Virus record (IMG/VR): IMGVR_UViG_2541047043_000003
Location: 15,427 to 79,426 of that record
Length of the DNA stretch: 64,000 nucleotides
Source of the DNA: a virus
Taxonomy: Duplodnaviria; Caudoviricetes
Direction: 5' to 3' (one strand)
Part shown: positions 31,473 through 40,873 of the stretch, in pieces
Numbering within the stretch: the first letter of the stretch is position 1
Layout of the letters: each line of letters opens with the position of its first letter
Made by a program: the position numbers and the translations under genes
The notes under the pieces: generated by a model
Databases searched by the model: none
Told to the model about the DNA's origin: nothing
The model's input: the letters and a program-made list of their open reading frames with translations, nothing else

Positions 31473-32026
31473 TGGATGAGTTTTTTAATTTTAAATTTTT
31501 TGAAAATGAATTTCAACACATTGCAGGTTATATTGCGAGTTTTGTAATATTCTTAGGACAGTTTATTTTTTGGTTTTTAAAAAAAATCAAAGATATCCGT
31601 TCTTCTAACTCCAAACCTTTGTATACCGTTTCAAGTCCTTATTTTCATTTTTTCGGTGAAATTACTCGTCTTGATATTTTTTTAAAAAATAATTTGAGTG
31701 TGGCGGTAAGCGAGGTTTTATTTACGGATTTAGTTTCCCTCTACAAAAAAGCCAAAGATAGAAATCTGGAATCGATTAAAATCGAACTCGCTCATTTTTG
31801 TAATATCTCTCAAAGTGCGAGTCTCGCAATTCGTAATTTTGTGGACTACGTTGCGGCGTTTAACGGCATTCGAGTCGTTATTAAATTCCCGGCTAATTCA
31901 GACGACGCCGTTAATCTTTTTTTAGACCTAAAAAAACACCGGGCTCATTCGGATTCGGGTAGGATCGAACTGTATCTTAACGATTACTCTCTTTTTTCTG
32001 GAAAAAATAGAAATTTTTTCCGATAA
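31472..32026 (+). CDS. Membrane-anchored protein with a possible STAS-like domain
   Basis: N-terminal TM helix; IKIELAHFCNISQSASLAI segment. Confidence 0.5.
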   Translation: MDEFFNFKFFENEFQHIAGYIASFVIFLGQFIFWFLKKIKDIRSSNSKPLYTVSSPYFHFFGEITRLDIFLKNNLSVAVSEVLFTDLVSLYKKAKDRNLESIKIELAHFCNISQSASLAIRNFVDYVAAFNGIRVVIKFPANSDDAVNLFLDLKKHRAHSDSGRIELYLNDYSLFSGKNRNFFR

Positions 32027-32051
32027 CCTTTTATTCTTTATTATCCAAGGT

Positions 32052-32723
32052 ATGAAATACGAAACTTTCATACCTCTTCTAATCGAAAAAACTAAGTCTA
32101 AGTTCCTTTCCTTAGAAAAAAATAAAGGACCGAAACTTGATTTTGAATCCTCTCTTATCTTAATCGGAGTTCGAGGTATCAGCGTTTGTAATAACGAAGT
32201 ATCCTTAAACGACAACGACTTTGATTCGTTTAACGACGTGCTTTTTAATATCTATCCCGGTGGTAAATCCTGGGGGAGTAGGGTTGTCACTCTCGATCCG
32301 GGAAAGGTTTCTAAAGAAACGCTTTTAAAATACGGCATCAAAAACGGTGAATCCAGAACCGAGGAAGGCGTCTATCTCGTTAAACTTGGGAACCATCGCG
32401 GTCACGTTGCAATCGTTCAAGGTTCTCCTTTTTATTTTCGTCGGGACGAAAATGGGGATCATATCTGGAACGAACTGGACCCGATTTATTTTGACTGTGT
32501 GGGTTTAAATATTCACGCTCAAGGAACTCTAAAAAATTACGTGGGAGTTTCCTCTCTTGGCTGTACGGTTACTAAAGCGACTTGGAAGGATTCGGAGTGG
32601 ATAGAGCTTATTTCTGTTTTTAAAGGCGCGGAGCTTAGTGCAAAAAAGAAAAATCCAAACTTCCCGGGTTTTTGTTACGCGGTTCTAAATCAAGACTCTG
32701 TGAAAGATATTCTTTTAAGGTAA
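32052..32723 (+). CDS. Putative endolysin (L,D-transpeptidase-like catalytic motif)
   Basis: GLNIHA...SSLGC motif; lysis-gene context. Confidence 0.6.
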   Translation: MKYETFIPLLIEKTKSKFLSLEKNKGPKLDFESSLILIGVRGISVCNNEVSLNDNDFDSFNDVLFNIYPGGKSWGSRVVTLDPGKVSKETLLKYGIKNGESRTEEGVYLVKLGNHRGHVAIVQGSPFYFRRDENGDHIWNELDPIYFDCVGLNIHAQGTLKNYVGVSSLGCTVTKATWKDSEWIELISVFKGAELSAKKKNPNFPGFCYAVLNQDSVKDILLR

Positions 32724-32729
32724 ATCACT

Positions 32730-33068
32730 TTGCAAAAGAAAATTAAAGCAAAAGAAATCTTAAAACTCCATCCGGATTCGGTAGAAGCAAAAGGTCTGGA
32801 AGAAAGATTAGAAAAGTGCGTAGTCGTTGAAAAAAACTTTTTTCGTATCACGAACCAGGCGTTTTTTCTCGGTCTTTTCTTTTTGTTTATCGGACTCTAT
32901 ACCCTAAAATCCTTTCCGGAGGCTAAAATTTCGGAAGGGTTCGGGGGAGTGAGCGTCTGCGGCCTTTTTCTTACCTCCGGAATTATTCTAATGTCTTGGT
33001 TTAAAACCGGTGAAATTTTAAAAGCTGTTGGGGATTTTATCTCCAAGGCAAAAGGAGGAAGCGGGTAA
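32730..33068 (+). CDS. Putative holin (2 TM)
   Basis: Two hydrophobic helices; follows the lysin gene. Confidence 0.5.
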   Translation: MQKKIKAKEILKLHPDSVEAKGLEERLEKCVVVEKNFFRITNQAFFLGLFFLFIGLYTLKSFPEAKISEGFGGVSVCGLFLTSGIILMSWFKTGEILKAVGDFISKAKGGSG

Positions 33069-33147
33069 ACTCAATTAGATTTCTTTCATATTCTAAACAT
33101 ACGTCAAATGTAATCTTTTCTTAATTTTTTTAAAAAGGATTCATATT

Positions 33148-33426
33148 TTGAACAAACATATTTCTAATCTTAAAATCTATTTTTTTTCTCACAAGTCCTT
33201 TGTGATTTCTTTGGTGTTCATTCTTCTTTTACTCGTTACGTTTATCAAAGTAAACAACATTCAGATTCGTTTGTCCGATACCGACAGCGTTACTTCTGAA
33301 AATATAGCTCCCGTTGACTACTCCATTGACAGAAGCCGTTTTCTTTGTTACGCAAAAAAAACTCCTGTAGACGTTCAAAAAACTTGCGACGGTGCGTTTC
33401 CTAAAAACAAAGAGAAAGTAAAATGA
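33148..33426 (+). CDS. Membrane protein, possible i-spanin
   Basis: Single TM helix; overlaps the next lipoprotein gene. Confidence 0.4.
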   Translation: MNKHISNLKIYFFSHKSFVISLVFILLLLVTFIKVNNIQIRLSDTDSVTSENIAPVDYSIDRSRFLCYAKKTPVDVQKTCDGAFPKNKEKVK

Positions 33427-33803
33427 TGAAGCGTTTCGTTTTTCTTTTTTGTTTTTTTCTTACCTTTAACTGCGCTTCTATTCAAAATTCGACTCCTAAC
33501 TCCTTGCCTTCAAGGTCTTCGGGTTGTTCCGAGTATGTCGGCTCTTCTTGGTTTTTGTGTTTGGAAAAACTTCATGCAAAGTGGGAAAAAATCGAATCTT
33601 CCAATGCTTCGATTACAATCCTTTCGGAGGCAAGGGAAGGGGAGTATATTCGTCGTAAAAAAAGAATCTGTTGGTCTCCGTTTTTTTGTCGGGATCTAGA
33701 GGAAAGAGTTTATTCCCCGTCCTTTTTTCAATCCCTAAAGAAGACTTTGTCTACGGTCCTAATTTCTGTGTGTATAGGTCTTTTGATCGGTATTTCTCTT
33801 TAA
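33423..33803 (+). CDS. Lipoprotein, possible spanin
   Basis: Signal peptide with lipobox (LTFN-C) and a C-terminal TM helix. Confidence 0.45.
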   Translation: MMKRFVFLFCFFLTFNCASIQNSTPNSLPSRSSGCSEYVGSSWFLCLEKLHAKWEKIESSNASITILSEAREGEYIRRKKRICWSPFFCRDLEERVYSPSFFQSLKKTLSTVLISVCIGLLIGISL

Positions 33804-34585
33804 TGTCTTATACACAACATTTGAATACGAAACTTTTTTACGACGATTGCTTTAACGTTCTTCCAAAGATTCCAGACAAATCGGTTGATCTGATTTTGTC
33901 GGATCTTCCGTATGGTACGACCGATTGTTTCTGGGATAAAATTCTTCCTTTAGATCTACTTTGGAAAGAATACGAAAGAATCATCAAAGACAACGGAGCT
34001 ATTATTTTAACGTCTTGTCAGCCCTTGACGACTAGACTCATTTGCAGCAATCAAAAACTCTTTCGTTACGAACTCGTTTGGTACAAATCAAAACCCTCCG
34101 GTTTTTTAAACGCTAAAAAAATGCCAAACAAGTCGCACGAAAACATTTTAATTTTTTACAAAAGGCTTCCAACATACAACCCTCAAAAATTTAGGATTGA
34201 TCCTAAATTTCAAAAAAAGGGAAAATCTTCTAAGGCAGGAATCAACGTTTTCAAAGTAAGTGGTCCGAAATCGGAGAATTATCAGTACTTAGATGAGGGT
34301 TTAAGGTATCCGGATTCCGTTCTTTGTTTTCCAAGTGAGTTCGCAAAAGGGATGCACCCGACTCAAAAGCCGGTTTCTCTTATGAAATTTCTAGTTCAAT
34401 CCTACTCGAACGTCGGTGATTTGGTTCTTGATAACTGCATGGGGGCGGGAACGACCGGCGTTGCGTGTGTTGAGTCCGATCGCAATTTTATCGGCATCGA
34501 AAAAGAGAAAATTTATTTTGATCTTGCTAAAACTAGAATCTCGAACGCGAAGAAATTGAAATCGCAAAATCTATTCGTTTCTTAA
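33803..34585 (+). CDS. DNA N6-adenine/N4-cytosine methyltransferase (beta class)
   Basis: [21 protein letters not shown] and FIGIE motifs; TAATG coupling. Confidence 0.92.
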   Translation: MSYTQHLNTKLFYDDCFNVLPKIPDKSVDLILSDLPYGTTDCFWDKILPLDLLWKEYERIIKDNGAIILTSCQPLTTRLICSNQKLFRYELVWYKSKPSGFLNAKKMPNKSHENILIFYKRLPTYNPQKFRIDPKFQKKGKSSKAGINVFKVSGPKSENYQYLDEGLRYPDSVLCFPSEFAKGMHPTQKPVSLMKFLVQSYSNVGDLVLDNCMGAGTTGVACVESDRNFIGIEKEKIYFDLAKTRISNAKKLKSQNLFVS

Positions 34586-35250
34586 GATTTAATAATGAAA
34601 CGTCAGGTTAATCTTTCATGACCAATTTCCAAATCTTTGAACTGATCCTTATGTATACCGCGTTCTGGAGTCTTGTAGTCTGGGGACTTTGTGGGTTAGT
34701 TTTCGGGATTATCGCTTTATGTTTTTGGAGAGATTGATTTTTTGTTTTACTTGATCCAAGATTAAAGTCTGCTTTGTTTTTATCCGATTTTAATTGAATC
34801 GTTACTAGGCAAGTATTAAAGAGATTTAAACCTCCTCCCAAAGAACTTAGATTACATTATATTCCTGTAAAGGACACGGCCCTCCAAAGTGACTTACGTT
34901 CGAAGGACCGTGTTTATTTAGTTGTAGTTACTTACCCGCAATAATGCGGGTAAGTGTATAGTTAATTATAATATTCAAGATTGTTGTCGAGTATTTTTTG
35001 AATGTTATCTACCGAAATCCAATCGTATTTTCATCGGCATCGATCAAAATAATATCTATTTTGATCTTATTAAAACTAGAATCTCGAATACGAAGAAATT
35101 AAAATCGCAAGGTATCTTTGCCTGAGCGGATTTTAAAATGAAACGCTAGTTTAAACTTTCATGACCCATTTCCAGATCTTTCAATTGATTCTTTTGTACA
35201 CCGCACTCTGGGGATTTTGTAGGTTAGCTTTCGGGGTTATCGCTTTTTTA
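34476..35250 (+). repeat. Degenerate direct repeat of about 240 bp (34476-34720 versus 35019-35250)
   Basis: Shared atcggcatcga...tattttgatctt..taaaactagaatctcgaa..ttcatgacc.atttcca segments. Confidence 0.85.
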
Positions 35251-35325
35251 TTTTAAAAAAGTAGATTAGTATATTATTTTTTCGTTGTAGTAACTTTATC
35301 CTTATTCATTTTTGTACTCGGTTCA

Positions 35326-36303
35326 ATGAATACTGAGATAAATGAAACTGTCGAGAAGTCCCTCTGGGATCAAATGAAGTCCTCCTTAAACGAACGAGTT
35401 GGAAGCCCATTTTACTTCTCTTTCACGATTTCCTTTTTAATGTGGAATTGGGATATCTTTTATATTCTGTTCTTTGAAAGTTATAGCTATGAAAAGTTTC
35501 GAATTTCACTTACTGATTATGATTTCACAATTTGGAAAGCTACCGGGACCGCATCGATTTATACTCTTATTTATACAATACCCAATTTGATTTCTGATAA
35601 CGTTTCTTTTCGGTTCAAAATTTTTAATGAGAACAATAAAAATAAATATCAAGAAAAGAATCTATTTCTTGATTCGGTAACCGGTGACAAAATTAAACAT
35701 TCATATCAAGATTCAATATCGAAGTTAAATAAAAAAATCGAACATTTGAACTCTGAATTAGATAAAATTCACGATTATTATCATAACTATATGACTTCAT
35801 ACTTTTTAAAGGACAACAATTTAACGGATGCAAAATTATCTCTAGAAATGTGTTGGAAAAATCAGTCTTATTCCTTAAACGATATAGGAAAATCAGTTGG
35901 CTTATTTAATATTAGTTCCAATGGAAAAGAATTAATACTAACCAATTCTCCAAATTTCAATACCAGTGGCGGACTTCATGAAAAAGGAATTATTCTCGCA
36001 GTATATGAGAAAGAAGTCCTAATTGCAAAAAAAGGTACTATACCGTTGGAATTTTTTAAGAATTCAATTTCTAATTACGAAGAATTATTAAACCAAGTTC
36101 AAAATACGACTTTCGGCATTGAAATTTATTTAAGAAATGATCCAGGAATGATGACTGCACATTTTAATATGTCTACAACTCGAAATGAACTCTCTCGAAA
36201 ATATAATGGCGACTATACTTTAATTGGAACCGCTTTGAAAATCGGTGTAACTTTAAATTTTCAAGATAAATCAACTGTACCAATGTTGTTCTTTAAAAAC
36301 TAA
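35326..36303 (+). CDS. Hypothetical membrane protein with a coiled coil
   Basis: ERVGSPFYFSF..WNW N-terminal TM region; AT-rich. Confidence 0.75.
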   Translation: MNTEINETVEKSLWDQMKSSLNERVGSPFYFSFTISFLMWNWDIFYILFFESYSYEKFRISLTDYDFTIWKATGTASIYTLIYTIPNLISDNVSFRFKIFNENNKNKYQEKNLFLDSVTGDKIKHSYQDSISKLNKKIEHLNSELDKIHDYYHNYMTSYFLKDNNLTDAKLSLEMCWKNQSYSLNDIGKSVGLFNISSNGKELILTNSPNFNTSGGLHEKGIILAVYEKEVLIAKKGTIPLEFFKNSISNYEELLNQVQNTTFGIEIYLRNDPGMMTAHFNMSTTRNELSRKYNGDYTLIGTALKIGVTLNFQDKSTVPMLFFKN

Positions 36304-36426
36304 TGTCTTTACTTGAATCGATTCAACAATTTCAAAATACCGAAATCCAAAACTTAAATCAATGGATTTTAAAAGAAGATTTCTATTTACCAAGTTTTTG
36401 GGTTTATTTGACTTCGCGTGTCTTTA

Positions 36427-37512
36427 CTACTCGGACGTATAAAAATGGAACCCAGAATAAATGAGAATTAAATAATGTCTTAATGGATATAGATGCAAGG
36501 AAAATAGGAAGAAAAGGACAAGAGAAACTTCGACGTCTTGGAGTCCAACGAGTATTGGAAGGAGAATCGCCAAAAGCAGTATCGGAAAGTTTAAAGTTAG
36601 GAAGAAAAACAATCTTTGTATGGTTGAAAAAATACAAGGAAGATGGAGAAAAAGGCCTGATTCCCGGTAAGGCGAAAGGTAAAGCCCCTTTACTGAACGC
36701 CAAACAGAAACAAAGATTAAGTAGAATGATTGTCGGTAAAGATCCTCGACAATGGTCATTGAGCTCGGGTTTGTGGACTCGAAAATTGGTATCAGAACTG
36801 ATTATGAAAGAGTTTGGAATTAAAATCGGTTTAACGGCGGTAGGTAATCTATTACATAGTTTGAATATAACCCCGCAAAAGCCGTTAAAAGTAGCCTACC
36901 AAAGAGATCCTCAAGCAGTCAAAGAATGGATGGAAGTAACGTATCCTTTGATCCGCAAAAATGCGAAGAAAACCGGGGCAGAGATCTATTTTACAGATGA
37001 AACGGGAATTCGCTCAGATTCTACGGTTGGAAGGACTTGGGGTCGAAAAGGAGATAAGGTCATTTTAAAAGATACTGGAGTTCGTAGTAAAGTAAATGCG
37101 ATCTCGGCTGTGAATATTTCCGGTGCATTTTGGTATCAAACTTACACTGGAAAGTTTACGGGATCTAAGTTCGTAGAACTGTTAAAAGACTTCATGAAGT
37201 ATAGAAAAAAGAAAGTCTTTCTCATTTTGGATGGCCACCCCACTCACAAGGCAAAAGAAGTGAAAGAATACTTAAAACTTCTCAATGGTAAATTAGAATT
37301 TTATTTTCTTCCTGGATATTCTCCTGACTTAAATCCAGATGAGTTTGTCTGGAATCATTTAAAGACAAATCTTCTACCTAAACGATTCTTGGGTTCCAAT
37401 GATACTATTTTATATGTTGTTCAAGCATGTCTTCAATCTATTAAAGCTAATGCTAAACTCGTGCGTTCATTCTTTTTGTTTAAATCGGTATCCTATTTAT
37501 ACGACTGAGTAG
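36427..37512 (+). mobile_element. IS630-family insertion sequence
   Basis: Terminal inverted repeats ctactcggacgtataaa / tttatacgactgagtag, flanked by TA at 36425-36426 and 37513-37514. Confidence 0.9.
36483..37508 (+). CDS. IS630 transposase
   Basis: HTH domain; FTDETG, LILDG..TH and YSPDLNPDE motifs. Confidence 0.95.
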   Translation: MDIDARKIGRKGQEKLRRLGVQRVLEGESPKAVSESLKLGRKTIFVWLKKYKEDGEKGLIPGKAKGKAPLLNAKQKQRLSRMIVGKDPRQWSLSSGLWTRKLVSELIMKEFGIKIGLTAVGNLLHSLNITPQKPLKVAYQRDPQAVKEWMEVTYPLIRKNAKKTGAEIYFTDETGIRSDSTVGRTWGRKGDKVILKDTGVRSKVNAISAVNISGAFWYQTYTGKFTGSKFVELLKDFMKYRKKKVFLILDGHPTHKAKEVKEYLKLLNGKLEFYFLPGYSPDLNPDEFVWNHLKTNLLPKRFLGSNDTILYVVQACLQSIKANAKLVRSFFLFKSVSYLYD

Positions 37513-38042
37513 TAAGTGGGTTAACTACACCTTGTTATAGCCCAATTTTGGGATCTTTTTTATTGACTCTTATTTAGTATTACTAATATTTGAATATATT
37601 ATATTCTAATTAATATGATCTAAAACGCACTTACCGTAATCCCTGGGTTGAGAAAGAAGACTCTGGCGCCATTAGCCAAATCAGATTTAACGAATGGGAT
37701 AAGGAAGATTCAAAAACGGATCAGGAGGTCAAGGAATCATGAAAAGCATTTCAGAGAATAAGAAATTAAAAATTAGCGCAAAGGTTCTAAAACTTATCAA
37801 TACTTATAAGAGAATTTTTAATGAGAACGTATAGTATTTTTTAGGAACAAAAAAATACTATTCTAATCCAGAAAAGAGACAGGAAATCCTTGAAAAGGAA
37901 CAGATGAAAGATGAATCAAATAGTTAATATATTTGTGACAGACGCAAAACATGAAAAATAAATAGAAAATCTTAATGAAGCAAGAGCAGTGAATACCGGC
38001 TCAACTCATAATTCATTAACTATTAATAACAAAGGATAACAT

Positions 38043-38363
38043 ATGAAACCACTTATATTCGATTACATGCGAGAGCAAACAAATGTGGAGTTTCCAGAAT
38101 TAACTTACGACCGGAAGTCAGGATTAAATTTCATTAATGGAACTAAATTTGTAGATTTGTGCAATTCCAAAACTGTGTTGCAAACGAAAACATTTACGCA
38201 AAGAGAGTCTGATGATGAGGAGAAGCCTTATACTTCCAGTATTTCAAAGATGTTCTTGGTGACAAAAACAGATACAATAAGGGAAGTAGATGATGATATG
38301 AATTTTAATAATTTAACATATTTATTGACCAAAACCGAAGAAAACAAGGAACAGGATGAATAA
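38043..38363 (+). CDS. Graspetide precursor peptide with three cores
   Basis: Leader MKPLIFDY; cores TKTFTQRESDD, TKTDTIREVDD and TKTEENKEQDE. Confidence 0.85.
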   Translation: MKPLIFDYMREQTNVEFPELTYDRKSGLNFINGTKFVDLCNSKTVLQTKTFTQRESDDEEKPYTSSISKMFLVTKTDTIREVDDDMNFNNLTYLLTKTEENKEQDE

Positions 38364-39324
38364 GGTTCTCATTATAACAAATAAAGAGGACGTTACGGTA
38401 GACTTTGTTATCAATAAACTAATTCATCTTAATGCCAATTATTTAAGGTTAAATACTGAGGAACTCGGTTCTGAAATTTTTATAAAAATAGATCCAATAA
38501 AAGGGGAAGTTCTTATCAAGGAAAACTCCAAGAAAGAAGCCTTAGATTTATCCACATTTGATACTGTATATTATAGAAGGCCCAAGCTCCCTACAGGGCC
38601 GAACTCACTCACAAATGGTGAATTACATTTTTTCTCTCAGGAATTAAATGTTATATTGGAATATATTAATGTATTTTTAGATAACAAATTATGGCTGAAC
38701 AAAATTTCAAACATACGTAAAGCCGAGAATAAAATTAATCAGTTGTCAGTAGCAAAAAATATTGGCTTTACTATCCCTATCTCCCTAATAACAAACTTGC
38801 CGAAAGAAGCTAACGCATTCATTAATTATACTGAAAGATCGATTTTAAAACCACTTAAAGTGGGCCTCATAGAAGAAGAACAATTATCCTCAAAGATTGT
38901 TTATACCAATGAAGTAAATCAGTATTTTCGAGATAATATTGATCGTGTCGGGTTGTTGCCTGTTTATCTTCAGGAAAAAATTGAAAAACAATTCGATATT
39001 AGAGTAACAATTGTTGGAAATAAGATTTTCGCAGCGCAAATAGATTCGCAGTCCGACGAAACATCAAAAACAGACTGGCGAGCATCAAGAAACATCCTCC
39101 CACATCAACGAATACAACTCCCAGCAAAAATCGAAAGATATTGTTTAGAATTAATGAAACATTTTGAATTAAATTTTGCTGCAATTGATTTAGTCTTAGA
39201 CAAAAATGATAATTACATATTCCTAGAAATAAATCCAAATGGTCAATGGGCTTGGATTGAAAAAATATTGGAATATCCGATAAGCGATTCAATAGCAAGG
39301 TTTCTCATCAGCGGCATTGTATGA
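38356..39324 (+). CDS. ATP-grasp peptide maturase (MvdC/MvdD-like)
   Basis: YYRRP, AENKINQL, LQEKIEK.FDIRVT, DWR and FLEINPNGQW motifs. Confidence 0.92.
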   Translation: MNKVLIITNKEDVTVDFVINKLIHLNANYLRLNTEELGSEIFIKIDPIKGEVLIKENSKKEALDLSTFDTVYYRRPKLPTGPNSLTNGELHFFSQELNVILEYINVFLDNKLWLNKISNIRKAENKINQLSVAKNIGFTIPISLITNLPKEANAFINYTERSILKPLKVGLIEEEQLSSKIVYTNEVNQYFRDNIDRVGLLPVYLQEKIEKQFDIRVTIVGNKIFAAQIDSQSDETSKTDWRASRNILPHQRIQLPAKIERYCLELMKHFELNFAAIDLVLDKNDNYIFLEINPNGQWAWIEKILEYPISDSIARFLISGIV

Positions 39325-39944
39325 AAAAATTCTTATCGAAGATAATTAATATTTTCTGGCCTTTTTTAGAAGGAGAGGTTAGCAATTACAATAATTTTCT
39401 TAAAATAGAAAACATGAAATCCAAGCTTATTGATGAAAAAGATATTGATAGATGTATAAAAATGTATGAGTTCCAAAGAGATCGAATAAAAACAATTGAA
39501 TCTAAATCTATAGTATTTATTGGGTTTTTTGGAAGTATCGTGGCCCTATTAGGAATTACATTAAAAGAGATCATACTTAATAAAGATAAAGACTTACTTG
39601 AATATGGTCTGATGCTATTAGTTAGTATATTTATAATTTATACTTCTACAGTGATTCGCTATGCAATTAAAGCTTTAGAGAGAAAAGCATATTATAGTAT
39701 TGACGAAAAAGATATTTTTGAAAGTAGAAATATTGATAAGGCTATAGCAATAATCAATAAAATTAAGCGCAACTATGATGCCATAAATACAAAAGTAGAT
39801 TCAATGACTTTAGCTCAAGAATTTGCAAAAAGAATATTATATTTATTAATATTCTTGGCTTTGATGAGCGGTACATATAGTATAATGAACTTATTAGAAC
39901 CTCTAAACTTATTTTATATTTGTTTCGCTCACTATTTAAGCTAG
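39321..39944 (+). CDS. 3-TM membrane protein coupled to the graspetide genes
   Basis: ATGA overlap with the ligase gene; R..TIESKS.VFIGFFG followed by TM helices. Confidence 0.75.
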   Translation: MKKFLSKIINIFWPFLEGEVSNYNNFLKIENMKSKLIDEKDIDRCIKMYEFQRDRIKTIESKSIVFIGFFGSIVALLGITLKEIILNKDKDLLEYGLMLLVSIFIIYTSTVIRYAIKALERKAYYSIDEKDIFESRNIDKAIAIINKIKRNYDAINTKVDSMTLAQEFAKRILYLLIFLALMSGTYSIMNLLEPLNLFYICFAHYLS

Positions 39945-40040
39945 TTTAAGTATGTTTAAATAATTCGACGTTAAACGACTAAATTAAAATTTATCTGAGC
40001 CAATTCATTGAGGATCAGACTTTTTCTTACAAATATAGAT

Positions 40041-40412
40041 TCACTCTGCATATAGAAAAACCTCTACCGGCTTCTTAAACAATTTAGAAAGCTGTTTTGC
40101 TAAATCTTTTGAAATTGGCCTTTTTCCTAATTCCATAGCAGAAAGATTTTGTCTCGGGATACCGCCCAATTTATCTCCAAGTTCCGAAAGGCTCAATCCT
40201 GCTTTTTTTCTATAATATTTCAATTTTGATCCAGGCTGAAGAAACTCCTCATTCTCTTTGAAAAATTCAGTATCCTTCCAAGGAATCGATTCCTCAGACT
40301 TATCAATATGAAGTTTTTTACCAAATTCCTTTTTAAGAGCTTTCAGAAAGGTAGAAGAAATTTCACCTTTAATCGTAACTTCAGTACGGGGCGTTTTCAC
40401 GACTGCCTGCAT
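40041..40412 (-). CDS. XRE-HTH antitoxin (HigA-like)
   Basis: LKYYRKKAGLSLSELG..IPRQNLSAME.GKRPI. Confidence 0.85.
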   Translation of the reverse strand: MQAVVKTPRTEVTIKGEISSTFLKALKKEFGKKLHIDKSEESIPWKDTEFFKENEEFLQPGSKLKYYRKKAGLSLSELGDKLGGIPRQNLSAMELGKRPISKDLAKQLSKLFKKPVEVFLYAE

Positions 40413-40647
40413 AATATACCTCGATTAATAATGAATTCTTTTCATTTCTCCAGCATGCGACCCAGCTATAAGATAGATGACAATGATATTCATTTTTACT
40501 TAATTTACTATAATTAGGCCACTCGGCTTGAACCGGACCTTCTTTCTCTAATTCTTCCAATAATAAAACTAAATCTTGTCTTGCACTCTTTGGCATTTGG
40601 CGAGCTTTCTTTGCCGCTGATTTTGTTAGCTCCACATGGAAGGCCAC
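40381..40647 (-). CDS. RelE/HigB-like toxin
   Basis: VELTKSAAK...YHCHL...IEVYYAGSRENAPY; toxin gene lies upstream of the antitoxin. Confidence 0.85.
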   Translation of the reverse strand: MAFHVELTKSAAKKARQMPKSARQDLVLLLEELEKEGPVQAEWPNYSKLSKNEYHCHLSYSWVACWRNEKNSLLIEVYYAGSRENAPY

Positions 40648-40653
40648 TATTCA

Positions 40654-40682
40654 ACTGTAATCAAATATGATTACAGAGTCAA
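40654..40682 (-). promoter_or_regulatory. Toxin-antitoxin promoter with operator palindrome; probably leaderless transcript
   Basis: TTGACT-N17-TACAGT-N6-GTG; inverted repeat ctgtaatca-aata-tgattacag at 40655-40676. Confidence 0.7.
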
Positions 40683-40873
40683 ACTTTTTACTGCAATACT
40701 TCGACCGGATACGAAATGAAATTTAACAACTTGTAAAATAGAACGATAGGGATAGATTGACTCGTTTGTTTTTGATTTAAAAATTTAATCAAATGTTTAC
40801 TTAACTTCCGATAATGGTAAATATGTCCCATAAATGAACATTTGTTCATTTTTTATAAAAATTAGGAAATAAT

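Noticed and set aside
34608-34841. 77-aa minus-strand ORF as a type I toxin
   Set aside because: Not hydrophobic, no SD before its start, and it overlaps the degenerate repeat
36404-36759. Minus-strand ORFs inside IS630
   Set aside because: Antisense shadows of the transposase gene
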